Assembly: GCA_048128005.1 (NCBI GenBank)
Contig: JBEUKZ010000058.1
Span: forward strand, 186,001-250,000
Direction of reading: 5' to 3'
Length of the DNA: 64,000 nt
From: Veleropilina oligotropha
Lineage: Eukaryota
Shown here: piece after piece, positions 38,687-51,827 of the stretch
How the letters are laid out: each line of letters starts with the position of its first letter
Numbering within the stretch: position 1 is the stretch's first letter
Translations under genes and position numbers: made by a program
Notes under the pieces: generated by a model
What the model saw: the letters and a program-made list of their open reading frames with translations, nothing else
What the model was told of the DNA's origin: nothing
Database searches by the model: none

Positions 38687-39926
38687 AACTAGAGGTATAA
38701 TCCTCATACAGGCCCACCTTTTAGATATATAAATCCATAGAGACGAAAATAATCAATAACTCTATATCTTCAAAGTGCACGAAAATGACCTTGACCTTTG
38801 ACCCAGAGACTCCATTTTAGAACTTAACCAAGGCCTGATGGTATACAAGGTGCATACTCAAGATGAAAGCTGTAGGTCCAGCGGTTCATCTTCTATGTGA
38901 CAGAAAGCAATCTTCGAAGTGCCAGAACGGAAATACACGAAAATGACCTTGACCTTTGACCCAGCGACCCCATCTTTGAACTTGGGCTAGGCCTGATGGT
39001 ATACAAGGTGCATACCCAAGATGAAAGCTGTTGGTCCAGCGGTTCATCTTCTATGTGACAGAAAGCAATCTTCGAAGTGCCAGAACGGAAATACACGAAA
39101 ATGACCTTGACCTTTGACCCAGCGACCCCATCTTTGAACTTGGTCTAGGCCTGATGGTATACAAGGTGCATACCCAAGATGAAAGCTGTAGGTCCAGCGG
39201 TTCATCTTCTATGTGACAGAAAGCAATCTTCGAAGTGCCAGAACGGAAATGACCTTGACCTTTGAACCAGCAACCCCATCTTTGAACTTGGGCTAGGCCT
39301 GATGGTATACAAGGAGCATACCCAAGATGAAAGCTGTAGGTCCAGCGGTTCATCTTCTATGTGACAGAAAGCAATCTTCGAAGTGCCAGAACGGAAATAC
39401 ACGAAAATGACCTTGACCTTTGACCCAGCGACCCCATCTTTGAACTTGGGCTAGGCCTGATGGTATACAAGGTGCATACCCAAGATGAAAGCTGTAGGTC
39501 CAGCGGTTCATCTTCTATGTGACAGAAAGCAGTCTTCGAAGTACCAGAATGGAAATACACGAAAATGACCTTGACCTTTGACCCAGCGACCCCATCTTTG
39601 AACTTGGGCTAGGCCTGATGGCATACAAGGTGCATACCCAAGATGAAAGCTGTAGGTCCAGCGGTTCATCTTCTATATGACAGAAAGCAATCTTCGAAGT
39701 GCCAGAACGGAAATACACGAAAATGACCTTGGCCTTTGACCCAGCGACCCCATCTTTGAACTTGGGCTAGGCCTGATGGTATATAAGATGTATACCAAAT
39801 ATGAAAGGAGTAAGTCCAGCCGTTCATCTTCTATGTGACAGAAAGCATCAGGCGACGGACGACGGACGCCATACGACGGACGCCAGTACACGGCTATAGC
39901 CCTGCCTTTAGAAGGCGGGCCAAAAA
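38687..39926 (+). mobile_element. Second copy of the 36932 HINE family, about 7 x 158-bp repeats
   Basis: Same termini; GCGGTTCATCTTCTATGTGACAG at 38881, 39039, 39197, 39345, 39503, 39661. Confidence 0.85.
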
Positions 39927-41877
39927 TGAAATAACACCATCCCTGTTAAAACCATCCGTGGCCGTATTCATGAAGACGGGATAAATTTAACCTAGAATAG
40001 CGACTAATCCAGGATAGTTAATACAGAGGTTAGGAGTAATGGTCTTTTCCTACTTCTTAATACACTGCCCTTACGAAATGGGTTTCTAGCAACACAATGA
40101 CAATAAACTAACTTTACACTGACATCTAGCTGACAGTACCCTGGTGATAGAACAAGATCACTGGCAATATGCTGACAACACACTGGACATAGACTGACAA
40201 CAAAAAATGCATTTCTGGCAATAGCCTGGCAGTGTTTCCAGTGTGATGTCAGTTTCTGGATACACACTGATAATAACTGACAAGACAATGGCAGGAAATG
40301 ACATGATTATATTGTGAAGAAGTCTGATCTGACATCACACTGGTCAGAAATTTACTTTATTACTCACATTGTTTTCATATCTGACAACACACTGGTATAA
40401 CCAAAACGTACTTGTATTGTGTTGTCAGCTATGAAAACAATGTAAATAGCAAGTACATTTCTGCTCAGTGTGATGTCAGATACAAAATGACTGTGGCTAT
40501 AATATTAATTTAAAAGTAATTTTCTTGCCGTCAGTATTATATAAATGCCACATATGACAATCTGACAGTACTCTGGCTAAATAAGTACTTTAATATATCC
40601 CCTGGTTTTATATCTGACATCACACTGTTCAGAAATGTACATTACTTAATAATAATTCACTGTTTTGAATTTTCATATAGATCTGACAACACAAAGGTAT
40701 GAATAAAACAGAAAATTACACAGAAAAATACTGTAATACTGCACTAATATTTATATATTTTTCATAACAAGATACTTGTATGAAAAATATGTTACCATTT
40801 AAAGATGCAGGATCTACTTCAGATCGCTAAAACGTATTTAAATGCTGTTCTATCTTACACTTTCTGCATTGATTTATTGCATATAGTTAGGACGTTTCAG
40901 CGATTACCACACACGGCAAAATTGTTTTTCACTTAGTAATAAATATTTGAAGTTTTTTTATTGAATTATGAGCGCGCGCTCATAATTCGAGCCGACTGTA
41001 CACGATATTTGTACGGAAATGGACGACGGCTTGGCGGAATCAACACGTCACTTAGCTCCGCCCTAAAATCACTCCCGCAATCTATTTATACCGGGTCATT
41101 TCTATGTCGTCCTTGTCTGAGTTTTGTTTATATCGGTTTCCACGGTGGATGTCGACAAGAGAAATAGAGGCAGGCCGCCGTTATCGACTGTGGCTGCTTC
41201 TGATTATAAAATGGATGTATGCAAAAAATTTGAAATAACAAATAACGTGATCAATGAAAATTGGATGCGGCTACTTCAACTTGTAAACAAAAAGTGAAGC
41301 ACTTGAAACAGTGAATTCCCATTCCATTACAATGTCGCGGTGCGCAATAGGCCTAATTAGTTGGTGAAATAAATATTGTTATTATGTTAGTATTGCTGCC
41401 ATATACTACAATTATGAGAAACTAGCTATATCTTCCAATGCAATACATCAATTTCAGCGAACTGCTAATACTAGTAAACACTGACCTAGATCCAACGCAA
41501 TTTGCTTGCTCTGCACGTCAATCATATCGACGGGACCACGTGACGTTTGACCCAATAACGATAAATGAGATAAGATGGCGTTCGGAGGTTGACGCGCTCG
41601 AATAAAATACCACTTCAGCTGAAGCGATTATTAAATGCCAGCAACACCTTTTGTTGCATTTTAACTTTTCCTTCGTCCTAAAAACATGTCATGTATGGAT
41701 ACCATATCGTATTTATGGTTTTATTTTATATGAAATATCATACGAATGTAGACTCAGCATCTTTAATAATGTTTTAAAACGTCAGTTAGAGTATGTTATT
41801 ATTATTCATATATCTACCAATGTGCATTTGCCTAAATTAGCCTAGTAGAATAAAATGCAGTGAAATTTACACATTTG

Positions 41878-42085
41878 CATGGATGGATCGATGTTTAATG
41901 TCCTGTATATTTACAATTATCAGTTTCAAGGCAGGACATTTTCATATTATCGCAGGAGGAAAACCCGGTCACCCGCTCTCTCCGACCAACTGCAATTGAT
42001 ATCTAAACAAAGAATGTTAATGCTCCAACCGAAATACAAACCAACTACTGTTAGCTAGCACAATCTTTCCAGTGATTTCAGAGTT
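41878..42085 (-). mobile_element. Old SINE fragment (4743 family)
   Basis: GATCGATGTTTAATGTCCTGTATATTTACAA..TTCAAGGCAGGACA..GGAGGAAAACCCGGTCACCC matches the reverse of the SINE 3' half. Confidence 0.65.
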
Positions 42086-42097
42086 TTGTATAATTGC

Positions 42098-42420
42098 TTA
42101 GTCGCTTTCAAATACATTAGGTAATTCAGAGACGTACATGTCTGAATCTAAATTCATGAACACGCATTTCAAAATTATTTGCTGAAGCAACACTGCAGAA
42201 AGCCCGTCTACAGCTTCCACTTTTGCTACACGCAGATGTACATGTTCATTACTGAGGTAATTGATGATCCTTAGAGGCTGTAAAATAGCAGCAACGAAAT
42301 CACCACAGCTGCTTTCTATATCACAGTAGTATTTGATAATGCCATAACCTTGTGTATTGTCCTCGGTTCTATATTTCACTGTGCATGAGTTCCGTTTATG
42401 TACACGCGTATATGATGTTG
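42098..42420 (-). pseudogene. C-terminal remnant of an EnSpm-like transposase
   Basis: SYTRVHKRNSCTVKY..YGIIKYY..KCVFMN..YVSELPNVFESD* resembles the end of animal EnSpm transposases; no catalytic core seen. Confidence 0.65.
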
Positions 42421-42747
42421 AATTTAATTAAAAATAGTTGACATTCAGATGAGATGCTCAATAAATAATTCCTAAGTCACAAAAATATATCTCTTGTTAT
42501 ATCTAACGATATTTTAATTATGGAAGACATTCAAAATCATCAAAAAGGTGACAATCATAGAGGATGTCTCCGAGAATAAGTCACAGCTCACAAGAATTTT
42601 AAAAAAGTTCATTTAATAAGGGTATATATTGAGATTCATTAAACTAATCTGTTTATAACAATTATACAATAGGTGGCGTACCATTTTCGCAGTCGCAAAT
42701 CAATCCATTGTCTTTTGATGAATTCAAGCGTACGCCTCACAGAAGCC

Positions 42748-44070
42748 CAGGGGTCAAAATATCTGGATTTTCTAACAGGTCACCGAGACCTGTTAGCATT
42801 ACATCTAACAGGTCTTCTCAATAGTTAACAGGTCCCGGTTTTCAGCTTTTATATAAAATTCATAAAGGTAGCTTTAGAATGTAGTAGATGATGATGATGA
42901 TGAATTGATGTTTAACGACCACGCCAACAGTATTTCAGTTATAAATCGGGTCAATCAACTTTGATGAAATGAAGTAGTGCTGTGTGCAATGGAGGTGGCT
43001 ATCATTGGAAAAATCCCCGGCACTCCCGGGGATAGAATGTAGTAAACATTACAATTTTGTGATTAAAATATATATTAATTACTGCTTTTTATTTATTTCA
43101 TTCTTTTACTTTTAAATAATAGGCTTTAATATTATATTTAAATGTTAAATACTATCAGATAATACGTGTGTATGAACATTTGTATTAAAAAAACCATGAT
43201 TCTGCAAGGTATATGGTTAATTTGTGCATGAAATATATCTTCCATTGTGACACAAGATATCTTCCATTGTGACACTAGTTTACTAGCAATATCATCATGG
43301 GTTTGTTGAATTTTCTTAAACTGCCTGACGTCATGTTTAACAATAACAGTACCCACTTCAAGGAGATCAAAGACTCCTTCATCTCTGCAGCAAGTAGGTC
43401 ACACCTGCTGAGCTAGACAATTTGCATATGAGGCTGGGAATTTAGTGTGCAAGAAACGAAACTAATTCCAGTAATTTATTTAATTTAACAGGGGCTAAAT
43501 TAATAGCAATGCACAAGATATTTTAGAAGCTGCAATGTTTAACTTTAGAGACCACTCATGATTACAATGCTTGATAAAACAACTGGCTGAAATCGAAAGT
43601 AAAATAAAGCTGAATGCAAACAAGGGAATCACGTGACTGTCTGGAAAAGATGGTCGTGCGTCTTGCAGTTTTGTTAACGTTTCACTTCGTCTTGCGAATG
43701 AACTTTGTTGGATATAACAGTGAACAGGATTATGAATAAATTGTTACAGCTCAAACAAAAGCTAATAGTAAGTTACATAATTAGTTTAATCACCCAAAAG
43801 AAATATTCAGGCTTGTAATTAACTATCGATGTTTTTGATATTTGTGGTCGCCAAAAATTGACATGTACGCGAAATATGGGAATGTGCGACTGGCTGTGTT
43901 GTGCATTGCACGATGTGGGACATCGTTTTTTTCTATCACTGAAGACAATATTAAACATTGGTAAATAAAATATTAACAGGTCACGCGGGCCGACTAGACA
44001 CCCAAACTAACAGGCGCAAAGCAAAGTTAACCGGCGCGCGCCGGCATTTGATGGCATATTTCGGACCCTG
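42748..44070. mobile_element. hAT-like MITE
   Basis: CAGGGGTCAAAATAT / ATATTTCGGACCCTG termini, TAACAGG subterminal motifs at both ends, GAAGCC on both flanks. Confidence 0.65.
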
Positions 44071-44494
44071 GAAGCCTATGATTTATTCGCTTGCTATGAA
44101 CCGTCGGAACGCGTCGACAAACTCCGATTTCGGCATAGGCACTGTCGAAGCGCGGCCTTCGATGCGAGACATTATCTTTACGAGCTCTCGTCTCTGTAGT
44201 CAGTTCCAGCCGTCTCCATTCTTCGGCCCCCAGTCAGCATTCCAAATCCTTTGTGTTAAGAACCGGAAGTTGTTGACGTGCGTGCGAGAAATCTCAGAAT
44301 CCATATTATTTATCTTATTTTCATTTTGTCGCATTGTATATAATATAACAATTTTAAACCAAAGCATACATTACAAAATAGACATTTTAAAATAAATAAT
44401 ATAAAAGTTACCAGCCGGAAGTTCCAGCTACGGCCGTTTTAATTGGTTAAAACTGTGAATTCGATTTCTGGCGCCTTTTCCAAACAACTTGAAA

Positions 44495-44660
44495 ATGGCA
44501 GCATTAATATTTTGGCATAAGGAGAAAACGTGGTCAATCCAATCAGTGAACACCATTGTGGAACCCAAGAAAGTCTACGGAGATCTGTACCAAAGAGGAG
44601 AGCAAGTGAAGGCGCGATATGGTGGAAATGTGTTTCCAGGAATACTAATCCATCTATCAA
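44495..44660 (+). CDS. Putative first coding exon of the transposon BEN-domain gene
   Basis: ATG in AAAATGGC context; MAALIFWHKEKTWSIQ..GEQVKARYGGNVFPGILIHLS, an SH3/Tudor-like-looking segment; ends at A|GTAAGT (phase 1). Confidence 0.55.
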
Positions 44661-45588
44661 GTAAGTATATGTTAGTCTCTTAGTGGGAACAATATATCAT
44701 AGCCTACGATCATCACTCATTATTCTAAATTGTTGTAGGCTAGGCCTATACGAAAATTACGGACTATCGCTCGCTGTTATGGAAGTTTAATAAATAATGT
44801 ACTGTTATAATTTATCTGAGAGTTGATCATGAGCGCATTACATTTGGTAATAACAAGGGAGATAATTCAATGTGACGATTACAGTAAACAGCTAGGCTAC
44901 GAAATGATACTACATTAATTTTGAAAGATGAAAGTCGATTTCGTGATTGATGTGAAATTTTCAAATTATCAAACATTAAGTGAGCATATAAATAAAGCCT
45001 ATTCCATATATCCATCGAAGTGTTCTTGTTACCAAACAAAATTGCATTGCTAACATAATAGTACATGTATAACAGGTAGACCTATCAAGCAATGACATGT
45101 TTAAATAATTACATAAAGAATATATTATTTATTATTTAGCTAATTTAATTGTGAAATGCTTGGCTACATTTTGTCTAGGTAATCTTGATATGGTGCAAAT
45201 TTTGTATCATTTGCATAACAGTCCATGAAGCCGGTTTCAATATCATGGGCCACAGTTGATAATTTAAATATAAAGAAAATTACCATTATATAAGCCAATG
45301 CCCCATATTTGTATATTGTATAAAATTTAATCACACAATGACCAGATGAACCTTGACATCGAAAATAGTTATTTTTACCAATCGCTCGCCCAACGTCGTT
45401 TCTTTTGCGAGAGTCATTATTGCTATCCTCAGCATTTTCAGGAGAGTAATTTTTTACTCTCCATTTTGCAAACCATCAGCACTGGTATTGCCGGGGGGAT
45501 TTGTCTTCTTCTGATAACTCTTGTTCGTGATGTCGAAGTTGCACATCCTCTTTGCCATGTCTATCAAACTTGATTGTCACTCTCAGAG

Positions 45589-46713
45589 GGGTGACAGTCG
45601 TTTCGCCCCCATTCCCTTTCGCCCCCAGTCGTCTCGCCCCCATGCCATTTCGCCCCCATGCCATTTCGCCCCCAAGCATTTTCGCCCCCATGCCTTTTCG
45701 CCCCCATGCCATTTCGCCCCCATAGTCGAAAATAGACGATAGCAACGAAATAACAGAGAGCAACATCTATGATTGTGATATTATCGATATGGATATATAA
45801 TAAAGTTATCCTGTGCTAACTTAGCAATGCAATTAATATGATAGGTCTTGGTTTTGGTTGCGTTGCATGCAGCCTATATATGACATGTAATTGTCATTAT
45901 ATATAAAGCAAACAAATGCATACATATAAAAAATGATTGTGTGAAATTGGATATATATATATATACAATGACACTGAAGGGTGGCACCATCGCTTGAATG
46001 GGCGCGCTGGCAAGTCCGACCTGCCATTTTACGTACTGGTCCCGTTATTATTTCAAGAAATCAACCTTGTCAGCATAACTGCGAGACTTGTGTCCGCAAG
46101 AAAACTCGCGAGACGACAGAGAAAACGGTATCGGCAACTACAAGGTCAAATTTTCGCACTGTGGGATAAGTACAATGCTGGTGAAAGAACATCGAGCCAG
46201 CTGCTGCGCCATGTGGCTGCCTTCCATGGACCTGTAGTGTAAATAGATCGATTGTGTGTGTATGCCGACCTAGCTTATTTGTTATGATATATTTTATGAT
46301 GTTATTTTTGTTTTGATGTGTTACCTCCTGTTTATGTAGCAAAGTAGCAATAAATATAAATAAACAAAGTCATCATTATCATGTCGATCGTTCTCATGAA
46401 TACCATATCATATATTTTATTGGATCTTCGCTACGATGCGATCAATTGGTTTGTAATTCTCGAACGTTTACTGTGTTTATAGTATCTCAAACTATTGCAC
46501 AACAGTATCACAGTCTATCGTGGCAATGTGCAATGTCTTCTTTATTGCCTAGCATGCACTATACACTGTATATATGGCTATGGGGGCGAAATGGCATGGG
46601 GGCGAGATAGTATGGGGGCGAGATGGTATGGGGGCGAGATGGCATGGGGGCGAGATGGTATGGGGGCGAGATGACTGGGGGCGAAAAGGAATGGGGGCGA
46701 AACGACTGGAATT
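45589..46713 (+). mobile_element. Non-autonomous Mutator/MULE element with 9-bp TSD
   Basis: TIRs CAGTCGTTTCGCCCCCATTC.. built of ~16-bp repeats, inverted at 46578-46709; CTCTCAGAG at 45580-45588 and 46714-46722. Confidence 0.88.
45964..46242 (+). pseudogene. MULE transposase C-terminal fragment
   Basis: NDTEGWHHRLN..LPFYVLVPLL..QGQIFALWDKY..SQLL matches the TNNxxEGWHxRLN motif region. Confidence 0.8.
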
Positions 46714-46835
46714 CTCTCAGAGTATTGCCTTTCAATCATTTAAGTTAGAAATTCAAATCGACCCCCAGTATCTTCCACCAGAATACAATGCGGACTCAGC
46801 CTAAGTTTCTTGACTATTGATACAGGTAAACACTA

Positions 46836-47693
46836 GGGGCCGACTATGATCGAAAGCAGTTTAACTTAGACTGGGTTTTGGGACAAACCAGTTATGGCAA
46901 AACCTGAACCAATCGTCTAAAATAACCAGTATTACAGAAACACAGTTTACGAACACTGATGGTGTAAACAACGTTATGGGCTTAAAACTGACTTTGAATC
47001 AATACCCGCCGTAACATAATTTGCCCATTCCTAATTTTTCAGAAAAATCTTATGTCTGCGCTATAAATAGGCGGTGAAGTTCTACATATCCCAATCTCAG
47101 CCTCACTTTGACATTGCCGATTGTGATGATGACGGACATTGCCAATTATAATTGAAGCAGACGAGTTTGCTGAAGGTTATCATATTCAGCGAGGCAATAA
47201 TATGCTTAAAAGACGGCTGCAATATAACGGCGCTTTAATTTTGAACTGACATTTAATTTACTTTTGTTTTCTTAATGTATTCTGAATGGTAACCAAACTT
47301 TAATGGCGAAATTGAGTTACAATATTTTTCATGGAATAAAAAAATATCATTAGGCCTATAGGTTTTCACCTATAATTTCACAGTAATTGAATCGCAGAGC
47401 GGTGTAAACCACTAAAAATCGTCATTTTACGGTATACTCCACTCGCATCGCTGTTTAACAGCGTTGACTCTCTTGTACACAAGATTTCATCAGCGCATTG
47501 AATAAAATGAATCTTCCGCATTGGAATGTTGTTCCACTTTTTCAATAGGCACTTCTTATTTGGTTGAGAGTTGGGAGAGATTCCGACCTCACCAGGAGAA
47601 GATCAGTTCGTTCCATAAATGTTAAATTACAGACAGTTTCAGTAAGTTAATGGGTTGAATCAAGGTTTAGACCTGCTTCGATCATACAGGCCT
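46836..47693. mobile_element. Harbinger-like MITE
   Basis: Imperfect TIRs GGCCGACTATGATCGAAAGCAG / CTGCTTCGATCATACAGGCC. Confidence 0.5.
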
Positions 47694-47781
47694 GTATGAA
47701 CCATGGATTTCGCTGGTTAAGGCCTCGCAGCTAATAGGTTTCATCCACCAATCTCAAAACAGAATTTCCTTTGTTTTTCAG

Positions 47782-47983
47782 ATGATTGAGCTGTACCAAA
47801 ATAGTGGAATATTTTGGTACAAGGGTCAGAAGGAGGCTGTTTTGTTCAACTGCCAAGAAGCTGAAATTTCAATCAGCAAAATTATGGATGTGTTTTTTAA
47901 TAAGGAAGAATTGGCCCAAGCCAGCGTACGTGGGAATGGAAAATTCAAATCGTTGGATAAGGACATAATCGATGCTGCATTTG
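47782..47983 (+). CDS. BEN-domain gene, internal exon
   Basis: Acceptor TTGTTTTTCAG, donor G|GTAAGT; IMDVFFNKEELAQASVRG..SLDKDIIDA = N-terminal half of a BEN domain. Confidence 0.75.
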
Positions 47984-48867
47984 GTAAGTACTGTACATTC
48001 AATTGTAGAAGCACTGTTATGACAGACTGCATGATACTTTTACATAGATTAAATTCATTTTAAATCCTAACATTTGTCATCAACCAGATCCATCAATTGG
48101 ATATTAAACGGTGCCAGGTGACCTGGTCTGGTGTTTTAATTTTGATATATATATATACCAGAACATATTATAAGTTGTCCAGGGATGTCGCCGTAAACAC
48201 TGCATTGAATACCGAATGAAGTTGTTTAATGTAATAAGGTAATTCAATGCACCGTGTTTATCAAGCCGTTGCTTTACAGCATTATTTATCTTGCTTTGAC
48301 AATGACAAAACTTAATAAACAAACTCCTGACTTGGCGCATAACACTGTTATTATTTATACAGCGATGTATTCAAAATGGCAAACGAAAAACTTCTGTTAT
48401 GTCTACTCAAGGATTTTCAAGTGGGAACAGTCACAGGTGACGTCAGCGCGATATTAAGGTTCATTATACCACGTCTGGCTGAAGTTTACGGAAAGTTAGT
48501 AAACTGATGACGTCACTGACTCTGGGTCCTATATATTATATACCTATCTGGGTACCAGTGGGGAATACGACAATTGTCAAAGGAACGTTAACCAATCAGA
48601 TTGCATTAATTGTATTAAAAGCTAAAGTAGATAATGTTTATAATAAATTATGCAAAGAATATTAGACGTGGCCTGCTTTGAACCTGATGGTTGTAACTAT
48701 ACAGGCAATAAAGCATCGATCCAATTCCAATCCTGGTGAATGTTAAAATGTATGTTCGTCATTATTAAAGATCATATCATGCCTCATTTAAACCTGAAAC
48801 ATTCTATTTTTTACATTTAAACTTTATGTAACAATTTTGATTGTGATGAATCTTCTGTTATCCACAG

Positions 48868-49067
48868 GATTTGTTCAAAGACGATACGATGTAAGCGAGG
48901 CACGTCTCGTTAAAATCATTAACGACAAATGTAGCCACCTTCGTCGGCCCAGGCGAATTGAAACTTACAGTAGGGAAAAGTACTTGGAAAGGAAGATGAT
49001 TAAATTGAAAAAAAGAAAAGAGAAAGAAGAGAGGAGGAAACATCGCGACCAGGCAGCGCTGGCATGA
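48868..49067 (+). CDS. BEN-domain gene, last exon
   Basis: Acceptor TTATCCACAG, phase-1 join gives AAF-G-FVQRRY..IINDKCSHLRR then a Lys/Arg/Glu-rich tail and TGA. Confidence 0.75.
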
Positions 49068-51570
49068 AATAATATGTTTAGTTGCTGTTTAGTAATTGAC
49101 AGTTAAACCAATGGACCCTGTATATAATGCAAATGTAATAACCTTTTTTAAGTCCATTAAATTGACTTCGTCAATAAAATCTGACCTTTGGCCAAATGAA
49201 GTTTGAATTGTGTTTAGTCTTTTAAAAATAGTTATAAGCCTCAATTGAAATTCAGTATTTGCGAGTCGCAGTCTAATGTTCGATTTCACTTCATTCTCTA
49301 ACTTCAAGATCTCTAACGATTTTGTCAAATGTAAGCCATTTGAATTGGTTTGCCAATGTTTCATTTCACATCTTAAATCTATGAATGATCATATTGCGAC
49401 ATGTCCGTAGCGCTGCAATATTGTGAGAGCATTTAAGCCTTGGATATCCTCGTCAGGCCATGACCTACCATGACTGATAAATATGAAGTGCCTTCGACTG
49501 GGATTCACAGTAGTCGTGTTGATAGTATTTCAGACACCCTGATTCAACTTACTTGCTTCCAAGCCGTCATTAATAAGTGTATTATCAGTGAATGTTTCCA
49601 GTATAAAAATTTGCTCAGCTGATACTAATTTAACATCAGTCTGACCAGTGTATGATGACATCTTGTACCATAGTACGTTACCAGTGTATTTCCCTGGTGT
49701 AATCAGAATATTTCCAGTGTCTTTCCAGATTGTTGCCAGTGTCTTTCCAGATTGTTGCCAGTGTCTTTCCAGAGTGTTACACACGGTTACAGTGCACGTT
49801 TAAAGATCATATTCCCTTACTGTAAAACGCTAGTAATTGTTACCAGTGTATTGCCCCCCAGTTCATATTCAGTGTGTTACCAGTGTATTGTCATATAATC
49901 AAGAGGTTGATTTTCTTCACAAATGTTGTCAGCCTATAACCAGAAAATAGCTGACAACAATCTGACATTCTTTGAAATCACTGCTAGTTTCAGTGTATCG
50001 TCAGTGTAATGTCCGCTAAATAAGTTAATGTCAGTGTAATACCAGTATATTGTCATTTGTAAGATGGAAAATATTTCAGAAAAATTAGTTTTTATTAAAT
50101 AAATTGTCAGTCAGTCTCACACTGACAATTGTTTCTTTATGCCAGTTGCATGTCGGATCTGGTAACACACTGGTATGAAACTGACAATACACCTAATATA
50201 ATCTGGAAATAGACTGATATTTAATGTCAGTGTAATACCAGAGCTGACAAGACACTTACAATACACTGACAATATACCAGGAACAATCTGAAAGTAGACT
50301 GACATTAAACTGATATCAGTCTGGCAATACGTCAAGATTTCGTAAGGGAGAGGTTAATTAAGGTGAAGATGTTGTCTGGTATTCATGAAGCGGTAGTAAG
50401 CAGAGGTTAGCTATTCAGCTGTGCTAGCAATAAATCAGGGAATCCCTGCATACTACTGCGCATGACGAGCACATCGTTCTCGAATCAAAATCGTCGGGTT
50501 AAGCACTCTCCAGTCTGAGAGTTTTCGTTGAGATAGCATAATGACGACACTGCGTAGGAGAGTGCATGAAATGCCATCATTTCTTTCGTTCTCCTGGAGT
50601 TCTGTGCAAGTGTCATTATAATAAATAGGGTTTGAAAAGGTTTGCAGCTTTTGCATGCATATTTGGTGTGTATTATCAAGTCATTAAACTTATTAAATGC
50701 ATTACGGCGCTCTATGTATTAAATTCGTTTTAAACCCAGAAAGCCACCTAATAATTGTCTATCATGTTTATTCTCAGGTTAAGACACTATACCTGGTCGA
50801 AGCCGTGAATAAAATATCCTCAGGTTATAGACACAGATTAGCACTAACCGCGCTTCATGAATACCAGTTTTTCAGATTTATCCTGAGGATAGATTTTATC
50901 CTCAGGTTAAGGCGCTATCCTGTCTTCATGAATACGAGACATGAATTGTGTAACAATTAATCATGCCAAAAATATTTCTTATTCTTTCTTGTTTGTTGTC
51001 AGACTTCGTTAGACTTGTTGGGTCGTTGAGGGAGGGGATGATGTGGCAGCCACACACTGTTTGCTCGGCAACGGCACATTCACATGAGGCCGGTCCTTGA
51101 GTCCTCACCTCTTCATTACGGTGCCTGGCAGTGGTTTAGTGTCGTTCAATGTTGTCAGGCAGTTGAGGCTCAGGACACTCTCTGGATCTTGTATGTAGCA
51201 GTGCAATCTGGATGAAGTTGGTGACAGCCATATTAAGTTGCAAATATATCAATATTAAAGTTATAACTTGGTCAAAATTTAGTGATGTAATGAAAGGCAA
51301 TGGAGATAGTGGCGTCCATCAGATAATCTCAGACACTGACGTCGGATTAGTGAATTTGTGGAATAATCTTATAGACAGACACGAATTAATATCAGGGAAG
51401 GGTCTCTTTTTCGTAAAATTGTACCTCGCACCAGAGTTTAATATTGATCTTAAAGATTTGCACGATTTAAGAGATGGACAGGATTTATTGTGCTTTACAC
51501 AACTTAATTTATTAATAATAATTATTTATTGAAATCCTGGAGTTTTACAATTAATGTCCCATTGAACAAG

Positions 51571-51827
51571 GCAGCTTCGGCAGCACAGTGTGTAAGAGTG
51601 TCCACTCTAAGTTCACTGGCTTGATTCCGCTAATGCGAACAGTAGTGGGTTCAATACCTGGCTGAGGTATTGAAATTTGTTCAAGTTATGAATCACAGTT
51701 GTCCGTGACTGGCCGAAGAGGGTGGGTTTACCAGGGCGACCGGGGTTTCCTCCCGCGATAACACGGACATGTCCTGCCTTGAACCTCGATGTTGTAAATA
51801 TACAGGACATTAAGCATCATTCCTCCC
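51571..51827 (+). mobile_element. tRNA-derived SINE with perfect 14-bp TSD
   Basis: TCCCATTGAACAAG at 51557-51570 and 51828-51841; B-box GGTTCAATACC; central GGGTTTACCAGGGCGACCGGGGTTTCCTCCC. Confidence 0.9.

Larger units (their letters stand above)
40068..50348. mobile_element. EnSpm/CACTA (CMC)-like DNA transposon, internally deleted
   Basis: Perfect 12-bp TIR CCCTTACGAAAT / ATTTCGTAAGGG; many CTGACAA/ACACTGG subterminal motifs at both ends; transposase remnant and BEN gene inside; flanks TG/AG. Confidence 0.75.
39960..50939. mobile_element. Harbinger-like MITE (~0.7 kb) split by the EnSpm-like element
   Basis: TIRs CGTATTCATGAAGACGGGATA / TATCCTGTCTTCATGAATACG; internal inverted GGTATTCATGAAGCG motifs at ~50378 and ~50850. 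Confidence 0.6.
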
